DNA from: Oscillospiraceae bacterium
GTDB taxonomy: Bacteria; Bacillota; Clostridia; Oscillospirales; Ruminococcaceae
Length of the DNA: 64,000 nucleotides
Direction: 5' to 3'
Assembly: GCA_017533485.1 (NCBI GenBank)
Contig: JAFXIC010000046.1
Location: 216 to 64,215 of the forward strand
Shown here: positions 9,617-18,947 of the stretch, piece by piece
Layout: every line of letters starts with the position of its first letter
How positions within the stretch are numbered: position 1 is the first letter of the stretch
Notes under the pieces: generated by a model
The model's database searches: none
What the model saw: only the letters and a program-made list of their open reading frames with translations
Told to the model about the DNA's origin: nothing
Translations under genes and position numbers: made by a program

Positions 9617-10939
9617 TTATTGGGCTTCTTCGAGACAGCGGAAGGGAATTTCATGTTCCTTTGCGTATGCTTCGGCGGTACTTCCCTGCGGCGCATAGAT
9701 TGTGAGATTCAGACAGCCGAGGAATGCGTCCGCGCCGATTTCAACATCCATACCGGCAATCCGGACTGCTTCCAGCGAGAAACAGCTGAGAAATGCTTCA
9801 TCGCCGATTGTTGTGACTGACTGCGGGATATCCGCCTCCCTGAGTGCGGTACAGCTGGCAAATGCCGCATGATCAATCAGAAACAATCCTTCCGGCAATA
9901 TGACTTCCGTGACGCCGCCGCAGCCCGATACCGCACCGCAGTCGATCATGGTAACGGTTTCGGGGAGTACCAGCGTACCGTGAAATGCGCCGTAACAGGC
10001 AATCAGAACGGTCTGTTCCTTATCGTAAAGCACGCCGTCCACATCACTGAAGGCAGGATTGTATTCGCTGACCTCGAACCGCGGCAGCGAACAGCAGTCA
10101 ATCCATGCGAAATCTATCACATTGTCTGCCACCTGCATCACCGGTACAAAGCTCTGGTCGAGTGCACGCTCGGAAATGTCGATGACACATTCCAGAAGCT
10201 GCAGCGGCTTTCTTCTGCCCTGCGGCAGCATCATCAGCGTGGTGCCCTCCTTATCGTAGAGCACACCGTCCCATGAGCCATAGGTCGGGTGATTGTCGTC
10301 TGCATATATCGCAGGCAGCTTCATACAGCGATCAAAGGCATCGGGGATGAATTCCGTATCCGCATCCAGAAATACCGCACGGTCGCGTGTTTCCGGACAG
10401 CGCAGCAGCATCGTCTTGTCATAGTTATAGAGAATACCTTCTTCGGCGGAAAAGAATTCGTTTTCCTGCGGCACATGAAATGCGGTCAGACTCGGACATT
10501 CCTGAAATGCGGTCGGCGCGATCTCACGGCAGCCCTTGCCGAGGCTGACCTCCATCAGCGAGATACAATCCTTAAACGCATAGGCTCCGACCGTTTCGAG
10601 CGTATCCGGAAATACGGCGTTCCGAAGCTGGAAACACTGTGCAAAGCAGGACTCCTCCAGTATCCGGAGCTGATTCGGGAAACGGAACGTCCGGAGCTTT
10701 TCACAGCCGCGGAATGCCTCTTTTCCGATCTGTCCGACAGAATCCGGCAGTGTAATCCGGGAAAGCGCGGAACAGCCTGCAAATGCCTGTTCTGCGATAC
10801 CCGTTACGGGGATGTGTTCGATCATAGGGGGGATTGTGATATTCTCGATAAACGGAAGACAGCCGATGACTTCCGCGTGGCTGTCCGGTATCATCCGGTA
10901 CCAGACCGGACCGATTGACAAAGTTTTTTCCTGCTGCAT
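9617..10939 (-). CDS. BspA-type leucine-rich-repeat (LRR_5-like) protein, no signal peptide
   Basis: Repeated AF.GC..L..I.LP..V..IG..AF..C units across 440 aa; ends 29 nt upstream of the addB start. Confidence 0.7.
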   Translation of the reverse strand: MQQEKTLSIGPVWYRMIPDSHAEVIGCLPFIENITIPPMIEHIPVTGIAEQAFAGCSALSRITLPDSVGQIGKEAFRGCEKLRTFRFPNQLRILEESCFAQCFQLRNAVFPDTLETVGAYAFKDCISLMEVSLGKGCREIAPTAFQECPSLTAFHVPQENEFFSAEEGILYNYDKTMLLRCPETRDRAVFLDADTEFIPDAFDRCMKLPAIYADDNHPTYGSWDGVLYDKEGTTLMMLPQGRRKPLQLLECVIDISERALDQSFVPVMQVADNVIDFAWIDCCSLPRFEVSEYNPAFSDVDGVLYDKEQTVLIACYGAFHGTLVLPETVTMIDCGAVSGCGGVTEVILPEGLFLIDHAAFASCTALREADIPQSVTTIGDEAFLSCFSLEAVRIAGMDVEIGADAFLGCLNLTIYAPQGSTAEAYAKEHEIPFRCLEEAQ

Positions 10940-11075
10940 GGAACAATCCTTTCTGCTTGGTTCGTAAGATTCCGTTTTATTATATCACATCTCTCCCGAA
11001 AAAGCAACGACCTGATATCCGGATAAAAATTATACAGCTGTCCATCTTCTAAATCAAATGGACAGCTGTATTTTC

Positions 11076-11293
11076 TTACATCAGACGTTCCCAGAACAGC
11101 ATTCCGATCGCAAATATGACGGCGGTCAAAATGGATGCCAACAGGAAAAAGCTTTTGATCCACGGCGCTTCATAGATGCCGATATCATTTGCCGGAACAG
11201 CATGAATACAGGGGTGAGACAAAAGGCAATCACTGTGCCCGGCATCACGGCGACAGCGCCGCATACGATTGCCTTCGCGATCAGTTCCGACAT
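11076..11293 (-). pseudogene. small two-TM membrane protein, apparently frameshifted
   Basis: ATG 11293 with RBS AAGGAGA opens a 55-codon frame (MSELIAKAIVCGAVAVMPGTVIAFCLTPVFMLF...). The hydrophobic continuation (..ANDIGIYEAPWIKSFFLLASILTAVIFAIGMLFWERLM) lies in ORF 11076..11264. The frames could join near the C4 run at 11211-11214. Confidence 0.3.
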
Positions 11294-11347
11294 TTTCCCG
11301 TTCTCCTTATATATACTTTAATCCCGATCAAATCAGATTCCCGATGA

Positions 11348-11388
11348 ACAAAAAAGCCGTCCATTCACCAGATTGTGAATGGACGGCT
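11348..11388 (-). terminator. intrinsic terminator of rubrerythrin gene
   Basis: 14-bp arms 11355-11368 / 11375-11388; the A-run on the plus strand gives a U-tract on the minus strand. Confidence 0.8.
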
Positions 11389-11415
11389 TACCGAATGCAT
11401 CTTCGGATTCAGCAA

Positions 11416-11955
11416 TCAATAGTTCTCGGCATGAAGCTTGAAATATGCCTGCGGATGTGCACAGACCGGACACATCTTCGGTGCGTTCTTTCCGACAACG
11501 ATATGGCCGCAGTTGCCGCATTCCCAGATCATATCTCCGTCACGGGAGAAGACCAGTCCGCCTTCGACATTTGCCAGAAGCTTGCGGTAACGCTCTTCAT
11601 GTGTCTTTTCGATTTTGCCGACCAGCTCGAACAGTGCTGCGATACGGGTAAAGCCCTCCTCGCGTGCAGTTTCTGCAAAACCCTTATACATATCGGTCCA
11701 CTCATAGTTCTCACCGGCTGCTGCGTCATTGAGGTTTGCGACAGTGTCGGGCATCTCGCCGCCGTGCAGCTCCTTGAACCAGATTTTTGCGTGTTCCTTT
11801 TCATTGTTTGCGGTTTCCTCGAAAATCTCCGCAATCTGGACATAGCCTTCCTTACGAGCCTTGGAAGCATAGTAAGTGTATTTGTTTCTTGCCTGAGATT
11901 CGCCGGCAAATGCCGCCTGAAGATTTGCTTCGGTTCTGGATCCTTTGAGTTCCAT
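11416..11955 (-). CDS. rbr: rubrerythrin
   Basis: Ferritin-like diiron domain ([16 protein letters not shown]) plus C-terminal rubredoxin-type CGNCGH...CPVCAHP; 179 aa. Confidence 0.9.
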   Translation of the reverse strand: MELKGSRTEANLQAAFAGESQARNKYTYYASKARKEGYVQIAEIFEETANNEKEHAKIWFKELHGGEMPDTVANLNDAAAGENYEWTDMYKGFAETAREEGFTRIAALFELVGKIEKTHEERYRKLLANVEGGLVFSRDGDMIWECGNCGHIVVGKNAPKMCPVCAHPQAYFKLHAENY

Positions 11956-12015
11956 AGTAAATTACCTCCTGTGTCATGTTTTGAGCAGTCTGTCCGATAC
12001 AGTGCTCATATTCAG

Positions 12016-12045
12016 ATTATACCATGTCCGGAGCTGTTTGGTCAA
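12016..12045 (-). promoter_or_regulatory. sigma-A promoter of rubrerythrin gene
   Basis: Minus strand TTGACC, 18-nt spacer, TGG-TATAAT (extended -10). Confidence 0.6.
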
Positions 12046-12173
12046 GAGCCTTTTTCGAAAATTACATGAAATTTTTACCGCGGATCCCCCTGTAATAATG
12101 CCATGTTCCGTATGGATGGCAGGGCGGGATTTTGTGAAATATCGTAGAAATCGGGGGAGCAGAGAAAAAATGC

Positions 12174-12202
12174 TTGACAAATCGGCGGAAAATGCATAAA
12201 AT
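12174..12202 (+). promoter_or_regulatory. sigma-A promoter of T-box/aspS transcript
   Basis: TTGACA (12174-12179), 17-nt spacer, TAAAAT (12197-12202). Confidence 0.7.
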
Positions 12203-12204
12203 AA

Positions 12205-12477
12205 TATCCAGAGACCCGCGCCGGATGGAAATCCGTCCAGAGAGATTATGTGCCGTCAGGCTGGAAGCACAATCACGGAGAGTAGCGGATGCGGCAACAC
12301 TCGTCCCCTTGATTCCGATATCAGGGGATTCCCCGAAAATGCCCCATAAAAGAGAACGGAACCGATCATAATGTTCCGTTAATTCGGGTGGCACCGCGGG
12401 CTGTTTTTTTCAGAAACGCTCGTCCCGAAGCAAGCGTATACCGGATGGATTGGCTTGCTTTGGGGCGTTTTTCTTTT
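12205..12477 (+). promoter_or_regulatory. T-box riboswitch leader with terminator/antiterminator
   Basis: AGAGA bulge element (about 12239-12245). Stem III hairpin AACGGAAC..GTTCCGTT. T-box core AATTCGGGTGGCACCGCG (12381-12398). Terminator arms 12421-12435 / 12453-12467 plus U-tract. The 5' terminator arm contains CCCGAA, which can pair alternatively with TTCGGG of the T-box. Confidence 0.85.
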
Positions 12478-12528
12478 ATCCGTTCCCTTTTTCTTTATTT
12501 TCTATTCTTTATAAGGAGGCTATCTTTT

Positions 12529-14268
12529 ATGTATCGTACCGTTATGTGCAATGATCTTCGCGTCGAAAATATCGGCCAGACTGTTTCGCTTGCCGGCTGG
12601 GTTGACACCATCCGTGACCACGGCGGCGTCATCTTCCTTGACCTGCGCGACGAAACCGGTATCACACAGGTCGTATTCCACGATGGTACACAGCTCGATG
12701 GAATCGGCAGAGAAACTGTCATTACCGTCACCGGCGAGGTCGTCAAGCGTGACGAGGAAACCGTGAACACCAAGCTTGCAACCGGTCTGATTGAGGTCCG
12801 CGTCAGCGAGATGGAAGTGCTCGGCGGCTGTAAGTCCATGCTCCCGTTCATTCCCGCGGATTCGATGGAAACCCGTGAGGAAGTCCGCCTCAAGTACCGT
12901 TATCTCGACCTGCGGAATCCTTGGGTGCACAACAACATCATCCTCCGCTCCAAGGTGATTACCCATCTCCGCAGAAAGATGGAGGAACAGGGCTTCCTCG
13001 ATATCCAGACCCCGATTCTGACCGCTTCTTCTCCTGAGGGCGCAAGAGACTTCCTTGTGCCGAGCCGCAAGCATAAGGGTAAGTTCTATGCACTCCCGCA
13101 GGCTCCCCAGCAGTTCAAGCAGCTGCTGATGGTTTCGGGCTTCAATAAGTATTATCAGGTCGCACCCTGTTTCCGTGACGAGGACGCAAGACAGGACCGC
13201 TCCCCCGGTGAATTCTACCAGCTCGACTTCGAGATGGCATTCGCTTCCCAGGATGAAGTTCTCAATGTCTGCGAGGATGTTATCGCAGATACCTTCCGTA
13301 CCTTCGCACCCGATAAGAAGATTTCCGATGCACCGTTTGAACGGATTACCTACCGCGATGCAATGCTCAGATACGGTACCGATAAGCCTGATCTGCGCAA
13401 CCCGCTCGAAATGATTGACCTCACCGATTTCTTCGCACAGGTCGATTTCCCGATCTTCAAGGGCCGTCCGGTCCGCGGCATTGTTGCTGACTGCTCGGCT
13501 TGTTCCAAGAAATTCTTCGAGAATTCCCTGAAATTCGCAACCTCGATCGGCATGAAGGGTCTGGGCTACCTGACCGCAGCCGGCGATCTCTTCAAGGGCC
13601 CGATTGATAAATTCCTCTCGGACGCACAGCGTGCCGAAATCCGCGAGATTACAGGCATTAAGGACGGCGAGACTGTGTTCTTCATCTGTGACGCGGCAAA
13701 GAGCGTCGATTCCTATGCCGGTCAGATCCGTACATGGCTCGGCGAGACGCTCGATATCATCGAAAAGGATGCGTTCCGCTTCTGCTTCATCGTAGACTTC
13801 CCGATGTACGAGATCAACGAGGAAACCCATAAGCTCGACTTTACCCATAACCCGTTCTCTATGCCGCAGGGCGGACTGGACGCGCTCAACGAGAAAGATC
13901 CGCTCGATATCCTTGCTTACCAGTATGACCTCGTCTGCAACGGTATCGAGCTGGCTTCGGGTGCAGTCCGTAACCACAATGTCGAGATTATGAAAAAGGC
14001 ATTCGCGCTCGCCGGTTATTCCGAGGAAGAGCTTGCCGCAAGATTCTCCGCGCTCTATACCGCTTTCCAGTATGGTGCACCGCCGCACGCCGGCATGGCA
14101 CCCGGTATCGACCGTATGATTATGCTCCTCGCAGATACCGAAACTATCCGCAATGTCATTGCGTTCCCGCTGAACGGCAATGCGCAGGATCTCCTCCTCG
14201 GCGCGCCTTCCCAGGTCACAGAGCTCCAGCTCCGTGAAGCAAATATCCGTATCCGCGAAGACGACTGA
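12529..14268 (+). CDS. aspS: aspartyl-tRNA synthetase, bacterial type (paralog 1)
   Basis: ORF 12388..14268 trimmed to ATG 12529 (RBS AAGGAGG). OB-fold N-terminus MYRTVMCNDLRVENIGQTVSLAGWV; class II motifs FYQLDFE and GAPPHAGMAPGIDR; 579 aa. Confidence 0.92.
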   Translation: MYRTVMCNDLRVENIGQTVSLAGWVDTIRDHGGVIFLDLRDETGITQVVFHDGTQLDGIGRETVITVTGEVVKRDEETVNTKLATGLIEVRVSEMEVLGGCKSMLPFIPADSMETREEVRLKYRYLDLRNPWVHNNIILRSKVITHLRRKMEEQGFLDIQTPILTASSPEGARDFLVPSRKHKGKFYALPQAPQQFKQLLMVSGFNKYYQVAPCFRDEDARQDRSPGEFYQLDFEMAFASQDEVLNVCEDVIADTFRTFAPDKKISDAPFERITYRDAMLRYGTDKPDLRNPLEMIDLTDFFAQVDFPIFKGRPVRGIVADCSACSKKFFENSLKFATSIGMKGLGYLTAAGDLFKGPIDKFLSDAQRAEIREITGIKDGETVFFICDAAKSVDSYAGQIRTWLGETLDIIEKDAFRFCFIVDFPMYEINEETHKLDFTHNPFSMPQGGLDALNEKDPLDILAYQYDLVCNGIELASGAVRNHNVEIMKKAFALAGYSEEELAARFSALYTAFQYGAPPHAGMAPGIDRMIMLLADTETIRNVIAFPLNGNAQDLLLGAPSQVTELQLREANIRIREDD

Positions 14269-14290
14269 GGTTTCAAATCCGTTTTCTTCT

Positions 14291-14332
14291 GCCGCCCCCT
14301 GTGCCTGACGGTCATAAGGGGCGGCTTTGCTT
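14291..14332 (+). terminator. intrinsic terminator after aspS
   Basis: GCCGCCCCT (14291-14299) / AGGGGCGGC (14317-14325) followed by TTTGCTT. Confidence 0.7.
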
Positions 14333-14437
14333 CGCGTCCGCCTTGACATTTCGGATGCGATTCTGTATAATAAAGGAAAAGCTTGTAAATAATATGAACG
14401 GCGTCATGCTGTCCATATCCGGAAAGGAAGAATTGTT

Positions 14438-15277
14438 TTGTTCCATGCTTCTGCACGGCGCGGCGGGATGCCGCCCAAGCGTTCCAAGGCGGCACGCGGT
14501 TTAACACTCGTTGCTGTTTTTACGTTGGTGATGTCATTCGGCAGCGGGCTCTGGTATACCTATACCAACGGCTATTCCGCTGTCGTCAATCTGGATGATA
14601 TCGAGCTGATTCAGCTCGAACCGCCGAAGAACGGTGATCCTGTCGCGATTATGCATACAACAGCCGGAGACATGAAATACTGTCTCTACCCATCCAAATG
14701 TCCGCAGGCTGTCGAAAATTTTGTGCAACTTGCCGAAAGCGGATATTACGACGATACTTTCATCTTCACCGTGGAAAAGGGTGTGCTCTTCGCCGGCGGT
14801 GCACCCAATCCCGATGGCTCCCTTCATCCGGATGTGCAGAATGATGCAAAAGAGGAGTCGGTGCCGCGTGAATTGTCCGAGGATCTCTGGCCGCTGCGCG
14901 GTGCGCTCTGTGCGCTCAAAACCAAGACGGATGGTGGATTTTTCCGCACACTTGCTGGAAAACAGCAGTTTTATAACGGCAGCCGCTTCCTTGTCGCCGA
15001 CAGCATCGAGATGACGGCGGATATCCGAGAGAATCTCCTCGCGGACGAGGAGAAACGCATCATTGCCGAAGCCTTTCTCGAATATGGCGGTATCCCGAAT
15101 TATTCCCAGCAGATGACTGTATTCGGTCAGCTTTATGACGGTTTCGAGGTGCTCGATGCAATTACCGATACCGAACTCATCGGTGAAAAAGGCGCGATGC
15201 GCCCGAAAGAGGAAATCCGGATCGAATCCATCGAAATCGACGTGTATTCGGAAGAAACAGGGGAAGACGCCGGATGA
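14438..15277 (+). CDS. membrane-anchored cyclophilin-type peptidyl-prolyl isomerase
   Basis: TTG start at 14438 after GGAAAGGAAG. N-terminal TM LTLVAVFTLVMSFGSGLW; cyclophilin-like core AVENFVQLAESGYYDDTFIF. Confidence 0.75.
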   Translation: MFHASARRGGMPPKRSKAARGLTLVAVFTLVMSFGSGLWYTYTNGYSAVVNLDDIELIQLEPPKNGDPVAIMHTTAGDMKYCLYPSKCPQAVENFVQLAESGYYDDTFIFTVEKGVLFAGGAPNPDGSLHPDVQNDAKEESVPRELSEDLWPLRGALCALKTKTDGGFFRTLAGKQQFYNGSRFLVADSIEMTADIRENLLADEEKRIIAEAFLEYGGIPNYSQQMTVFGQLYDGFEVLDAITDTELIGEKGAMRPKEEIRIESIEIDVYSEETGEDAG

Positions 15278-15333
15278 GCATCGCCCAATGTCGAAAAATC
15301 TTTGAAAAAAGTTACAAAAAAGTTAAAATTCGC

Positions 15334-15362
15334 TTTACAAACGCAAATGATTGTGATATACT
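15334..15362 (+). promoter_or_regulatory. sigma-A promoter of second cyclophilin gene
   Basis: TTTACA (15334-15339), 17-nt spacer, TGA-TATACT (15357-15362). Confidence 0.6.
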
Positions 15363-15406
15363 AGATATATATGTATTGCTATCTCATGAAAAGGGAGAAT
15401 TTTCTT

Positions 15407-16189
15407 ATGCGTAAGCATCTTCTTGCAAAATTTACTGCGGCTGCAATCTGCGGCGCGCTTTCTCTTGGAACACTGACCGCTTGTGATCAGAAAAAAGTAA
15501 CCCTCGATAATGAGCAGGTCATGAACTTTATCGCGCCCGAACAGGGCGAGAAAATTGCCGTCATTACCTTCAAGGATTACGGCGATGTCAAGATTAAGCT
15601 GTTCCCCGAAGCCTGCGAAAAGGGCGTCGAGAACTTTATGACACATATCGAAAACGGCTACTACGATGAGCTGATTATGCACCGCGTCGTCAAGAATTTC
15701 GTCATTCAGGGCGGCGATCCTACCGGTACCGGCAGCGGCGGTGAGGACTGCTGGGGCAACGAGGGCTTTGCACAGTGCATCTCCCCCGACCTCCATCACT
15801 TCGTCGGTGCTGTCGCTTATGCGGTCAACGCCATGGACAAGCTCAACGGCAGCCAGTTCTATATCGTAACCGGTGAGGCAATCAACGAGGATTACCTCAA
15901 AAATCTTGCCGCAGGCTATGGCAAATCCTTCAGCGAACAGGTTCAGAAGATGTACTACCAGTTCGGCGGCCAGCCCTTCCTCGATAATGATTACGAGGTC
16001 TTCGGTCAGGTCTTCGATGGTCTGGATGTCTGTCTCGAAATCCAGAATGTCGCTGTCGATGAAGCCAGCAAGCCCTTCGAAACCGTCATGATCGAAAAAG
16101 CCGAAATCGTAGAGTATGACGGAAGCGGCACCAATTACCGCGACCACCTGGGCGAAATTCAGGTTCCGGGCGGCTCTGACAACAAATAA
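15407..16189 (+). CDS. cyclophilin-type peptidyl-prolyl isomerase lipoprotein
   Basis: ATG 15407 (RBS AAGGGAGA). Lipobox LGTLTAC; cyclophilin core GVENFMTHIENGYYDELIMHRVVKNFVIQGGDPTGTG. Confidence 0.85.
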   Translation: MRKHLLAKFTAAAICGALSLGTLTACDQKKVTLDNEQVMNFIAPEQGEKIAVITFKDYGDVKIKLFPEACEKGVENFMTHIENGYYDELIMHRVVKNFVIQGGDPTGTGSGGEDCWGNEGFAQCISPDLHHFVGAVAYAVNAMDKLNGSQFYIVTGEAINEDYLKNLAAGYGKSFSEQVQKMYYQFGGQPFLDNDYEVFGQVFDGLDVCLEIQNVAVDEASKPFETVMIEKAEIVEYDGSGTNYRDHLGEIQVPGGSDNK

Positions 16190-16299
16190 AAGGATGATGA
16201 ATCCAAGTGGATATAATCGACGGAGCGAGCAGTATAAAAAAGAAACAATGCTCGGATGCTCCGATCACAAAAACTCGTGGAGAACAAGGAGATAATACC

Positions 16300-17607
16300 G
16301 TGAAATCATCTGACAGATTTGTCATCCGCGGCGGCCGCAGACTTTGCGGTGAAGTGGAAATCAGCGGCGCGAAAAATGCTGTCGTTGCGATTCTGCCTGC
16401 CACAATCCTTGCGGATGAACCATGTGTGATTGAGAATGTTCCCGATATCAGCGATGTCGAGATCAGCTTCCGTATCCTCAAAGAACTCGGTGCGACCGTT
16501 GAATGTATCGCGCCGCATACCTATCGTGTGGACGCAACCGGCGTTGACAGCTGCTGCGTTCCTTACGAGAGTGCGAGAAGAATGCGTGCATCCTACTACT
16601 TTATGGGCGCGCTCCTCGGTAAGTTCAGCCATGCCAGAGTTTCGATGCCCGGCGGATGTCCGCTCGGCGATCGCCCCATCGACCAGCATATCAAGGCGTT
16701 TTCCAAGCTCGGTGCCGTCTGTAAGCTGGATCGCGGGATGATGGATATCACCTCCGACGGGCTGCGCGGAAACCAGATTTTCTTCGATGTCGTAACCGTC
16801 GGCGCAACCATGAACGCTATGCTCGCTGCCGTAAAGGCGGAAGGTCTGACGATCATCGAAAATGCGGCGAAGGAACCCCATATCGTCGATCTCGCAAGCT
16901 TCCTCAATTCGATGGGTGCCGATATTATGGGCGCCGGTACCGATACCATTAAGATTCGCGGCGTGAAGTACCTCCGCGGCACCGATTATGCTGTCATTCC
17001 CGACCAGATTGAAGCCGGTACCTATATGGTCGCCGCTGCCGCAACCGGCGGTGATGTGCTGGTGAAGAATGTCATCCCGAAGCACCTCGAATCCATTATC
17101 TCCATCATGGAGAAAATCGGCGTCAATATCGACCAGTATGATGACAGCGTCCGCGTCAGCGTAGACGGCCCGCTCGTCAAAACAAGCGTCAAAACACGCC
17201 CCCATCCCGGCTTCCCGACCGATATGCAGCCGCAGATTTCTGCTCTGCTCTGTCTCGCGGAAGGCACCTCTATGATTAAAGAAGGCGTCTCCGAACAGCG
17301 CTTCCAGTATGTCGAAGAACTGCGCCGTATGGGTGCGGATATTCAGGTCGATGGTAAGGTCGCTGTCATCGAGGGTACGGGTTCACTGACCGGTGCTCCG
17401 GTCAAAGCCTGCGATCTGCGCGCCGGTGCCGCACTGATGATTGCCGGTCTTGCTGCAACGGGCGTCACCTATATCGAAGATATTTTCCATATCGAACGCG
17501 GTTATTCCGATATGGAAGGAAAGCTGAATGCGCTGGGTGCGTGTATTACAAAAGAAGCAATTTCTGATGCGAAGGAAACTGCTGCACCACAGGCGGATGC
17601 TGTTTAA
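16300..17607 (+). CDS. murA: UDP-N-acetylglucosamine 1-carboxyvinyltransferase
   Basis: GTG 16300 after AAGGAGA. VIRGGRRLCGEVEISGAKNA; active-site loop PGGCPLGDRPIDQHI; 435 aa. Confidence 0.92.
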   Translation: MKSSDRFVIRGGRRLCGEVEISGAKNAVVAILPATILADEPCVIENVPDISDVEISFRILKELGATVECIAPHTYRVDATGVDSCCVPYESARRMRASYYFMGALLGKFSHARVSMPGGCPLGDRPIDQHIKAFSKLGAVCKLDRGMMDITSDGLRGNQIFFDVVTVGATMNAMLAAVKAEGLTIIENAAKEPHIVDLASFLNSMGADIMGAGTDTIKIRGVKYLRGTDYAVIPDQIEAGTYMVAAAATGGDVLVKNVIPKHLESIISIMEKIGVNIDQYDDSVRVSVDGPLVKTSVKTRPHPGFPTDMQPQISALLCLAEGTSMIKEGVSEQRFQYVEELRRMGADIQVDGKVAVIEGTGSLTGAPVKACDLRAGAALMIAGLAATGVTYIEDIFHIERGYSDMEGKLNALGACITKEAISDAKETAAPQADAV

Positions 17608-17622
17608 ATATCAGATCAGACA

Positions 17623-17655
17623 GAGGGCGAATCCAGATTCGCCCTTTCCTTTTGT
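17623..17655 (+). terminator. intrinsic terminator after murA
   Basis: AGGGCGAATC / GATTCGCCCT stem followed by a T-rich tract. Confidence 0.7.
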
Positions 17656-17692
17656 CATCCCGACAAAGAAAACTTGCGAAGAGGAATAGAAA

Positions 17693-18475
17693 ATGGCACG
17701 GATGTACTCACTTTTTAGCTCCAGCCGCGGAAATGCAACCTTCATCGGTTCTCCGGGCGGCGGTGTGCTGATCGACGCAGGCGTCAGCTATAAGCGGCTT
17801 GTGGGCGCAATGCATCGCTGCGGTTTGTCGATGGATGCGGTGCAGGGCGTTTTTATTACCCATGACCACTCTGACCATGTCCGCGGGCTGAAAACACTGA
17901 CCGATCATCACCGGATTCCGGTCTATGCCCAGAGCCAGACGCTCCGCCATCTCATTGATACGGATTCTGTGGCGGCTTCTGCCGTGCTCGCGGAAATGAA
18001 TGGGACGGTCAATCTCGCGGATATGGCACTCTCTGCCTTCGATACGCCGCATGATACGGTACAAAGCTGCGGATATCGGATTGCAATGCCGGACGGGAGA
18101 ATATGTGCGGTCTGTACGGATCTGGGCTATGTCACGAAAACAGTCGATGATGCGCTGACCGGCTGTGATCTGGTGCTGCTCGAAGCAAATTATGACGAGA
18201 AGATGCTGCGGTCGGGCCCTTATCCGCCTTATGTCAAGGCGCGGATTCTCTCCGAATCAGGCCATCTTTCCAATGAGATGTGCGCGAGACAGGCGAAGAA
18301 TCTCATTGACCGCGGAACAACCCGTCTGCTGCTGGGCCATCTCAGTCAGGAGAATAATCGTCCGGAGCTTGCGGAAGCTGCGGTCGTCCGCGCACTCGAA
18401 GGCTATGTGCGCGGTCAGGATTACCTGCTCTCGGTGGCGAATGTCGAAACAACAGGGGAGATGATTGCGTTTTGA
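17693..18475 (+). CDS. MBL-fold metallo-hydrolase (YycJ/WalJ-like)
   Basis: HxHxDH motif ITHDHSDHVRGL; 260 aa; stop overlaps the rlmH start (TGATG). Confidence 0.8.
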   Translation: MARMYSLFSSSRGNATFIGSPGGGVLIDAGVSYKRLVGAMHRCGLSMDAVQGVFITHDHSDHVRGLKTLTDHHRIPVYAQSQTLRHLIDTDSVAASAVLAEMNGTVNLADMALSAFDTPHDTVQSCGYRIAMPDGRICAVCTDLGYVTKTVDDALTGCDLVLLEANYDEKMLRSGPYPPYVKARILSESGHLSNEMCARQAKNLIDRGTTRLLLGHLSQENNRPELAEAAVVRALEGYVRGQDYLLSVANVETTGEMIAF

Positions 18476-18945
18476 TGCATCTGCGTATGATTACAGTCGG
18501 AAAGCTGAAGGAAAAATGGCTGAGAGACGGCTATGAGGAATATGCGAAACGGCTCGGTCGGTATTGCAGACTCGAATTGATTGAGCTTCCCGAAGCCCGT
18601 CTTCCGGAACATCCGTCCGGCGGAGAGATTGCTTGTGCACTCGAATCCGAGGGAAAAGAAATCCTGAAACGCTGCGAGGGAAAGGTCATTGCGCTTTGTA
18701 TCGAGGGGAAACCCTGTTCCAGCGAACAGCTCGCACAGAAAATTGAGGCGTTCGCACAGCAATGCGGTACGATCTGTTTTATCATCGGCAGCAGCTTCGG
18801 TCTGCACGAATCCGTGAAACAGCGTGCGGATTTCCGGCTCTCGATGTCTCCGATGACCTTTACCCATCAGATTGCACGCGTGCTCCTTTCCGAACAGATT
18901 TATCGTGCATATCAGATTATGACCGGTGGAAAATATCATAAGTGA
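18475..18945 (+). CDS. rlmH: 23S rRNA (pseudouridine1915-N3)-methyltransferase
   Basis: SPOUT-family RlmH pattern: MHLRMITVGKLKEKWLRDGYEEYAKRL ... FIIGSSFGL ... HQIARVLLSEQIYRAYQIMTGGKYHK. Confidence 0.88.
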   Translation: MHLRMITVGKLKEKWLRDGYEEYAKRLGRYCRLELIELPEARLPEHPSGGEIACALESEGKEILKRCEGKVIALCIEGKPCSSEQLAQKIEAFAQQCGTICFIIGSSFGLHESVKQRADFRLSMSPMTFTHQIARVLLSEQIYRAYQIMTGGKYHK

Positions 18946-18947
18946 AA

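Noticed and set aside
12388-12528. 47-codon N-terminal extension of aspS, and ORF 12062..12394 on the minus strand
   Set aside because: This region is the T-box leader, including the T-box core and terminator. The true start is ATG 12529, which has an AAGGAGG RBS.
12520-14349. 609-aa ORF antisense to aspS paralog 1
   Set aside because: It mirrors a gene with clear class II synthetase motifs, has no RBS and shows no motifs of its own. The open frame is explained by the scarcity of TTA/CTA/TCA codons in the sense frame of a highly expressed gene.
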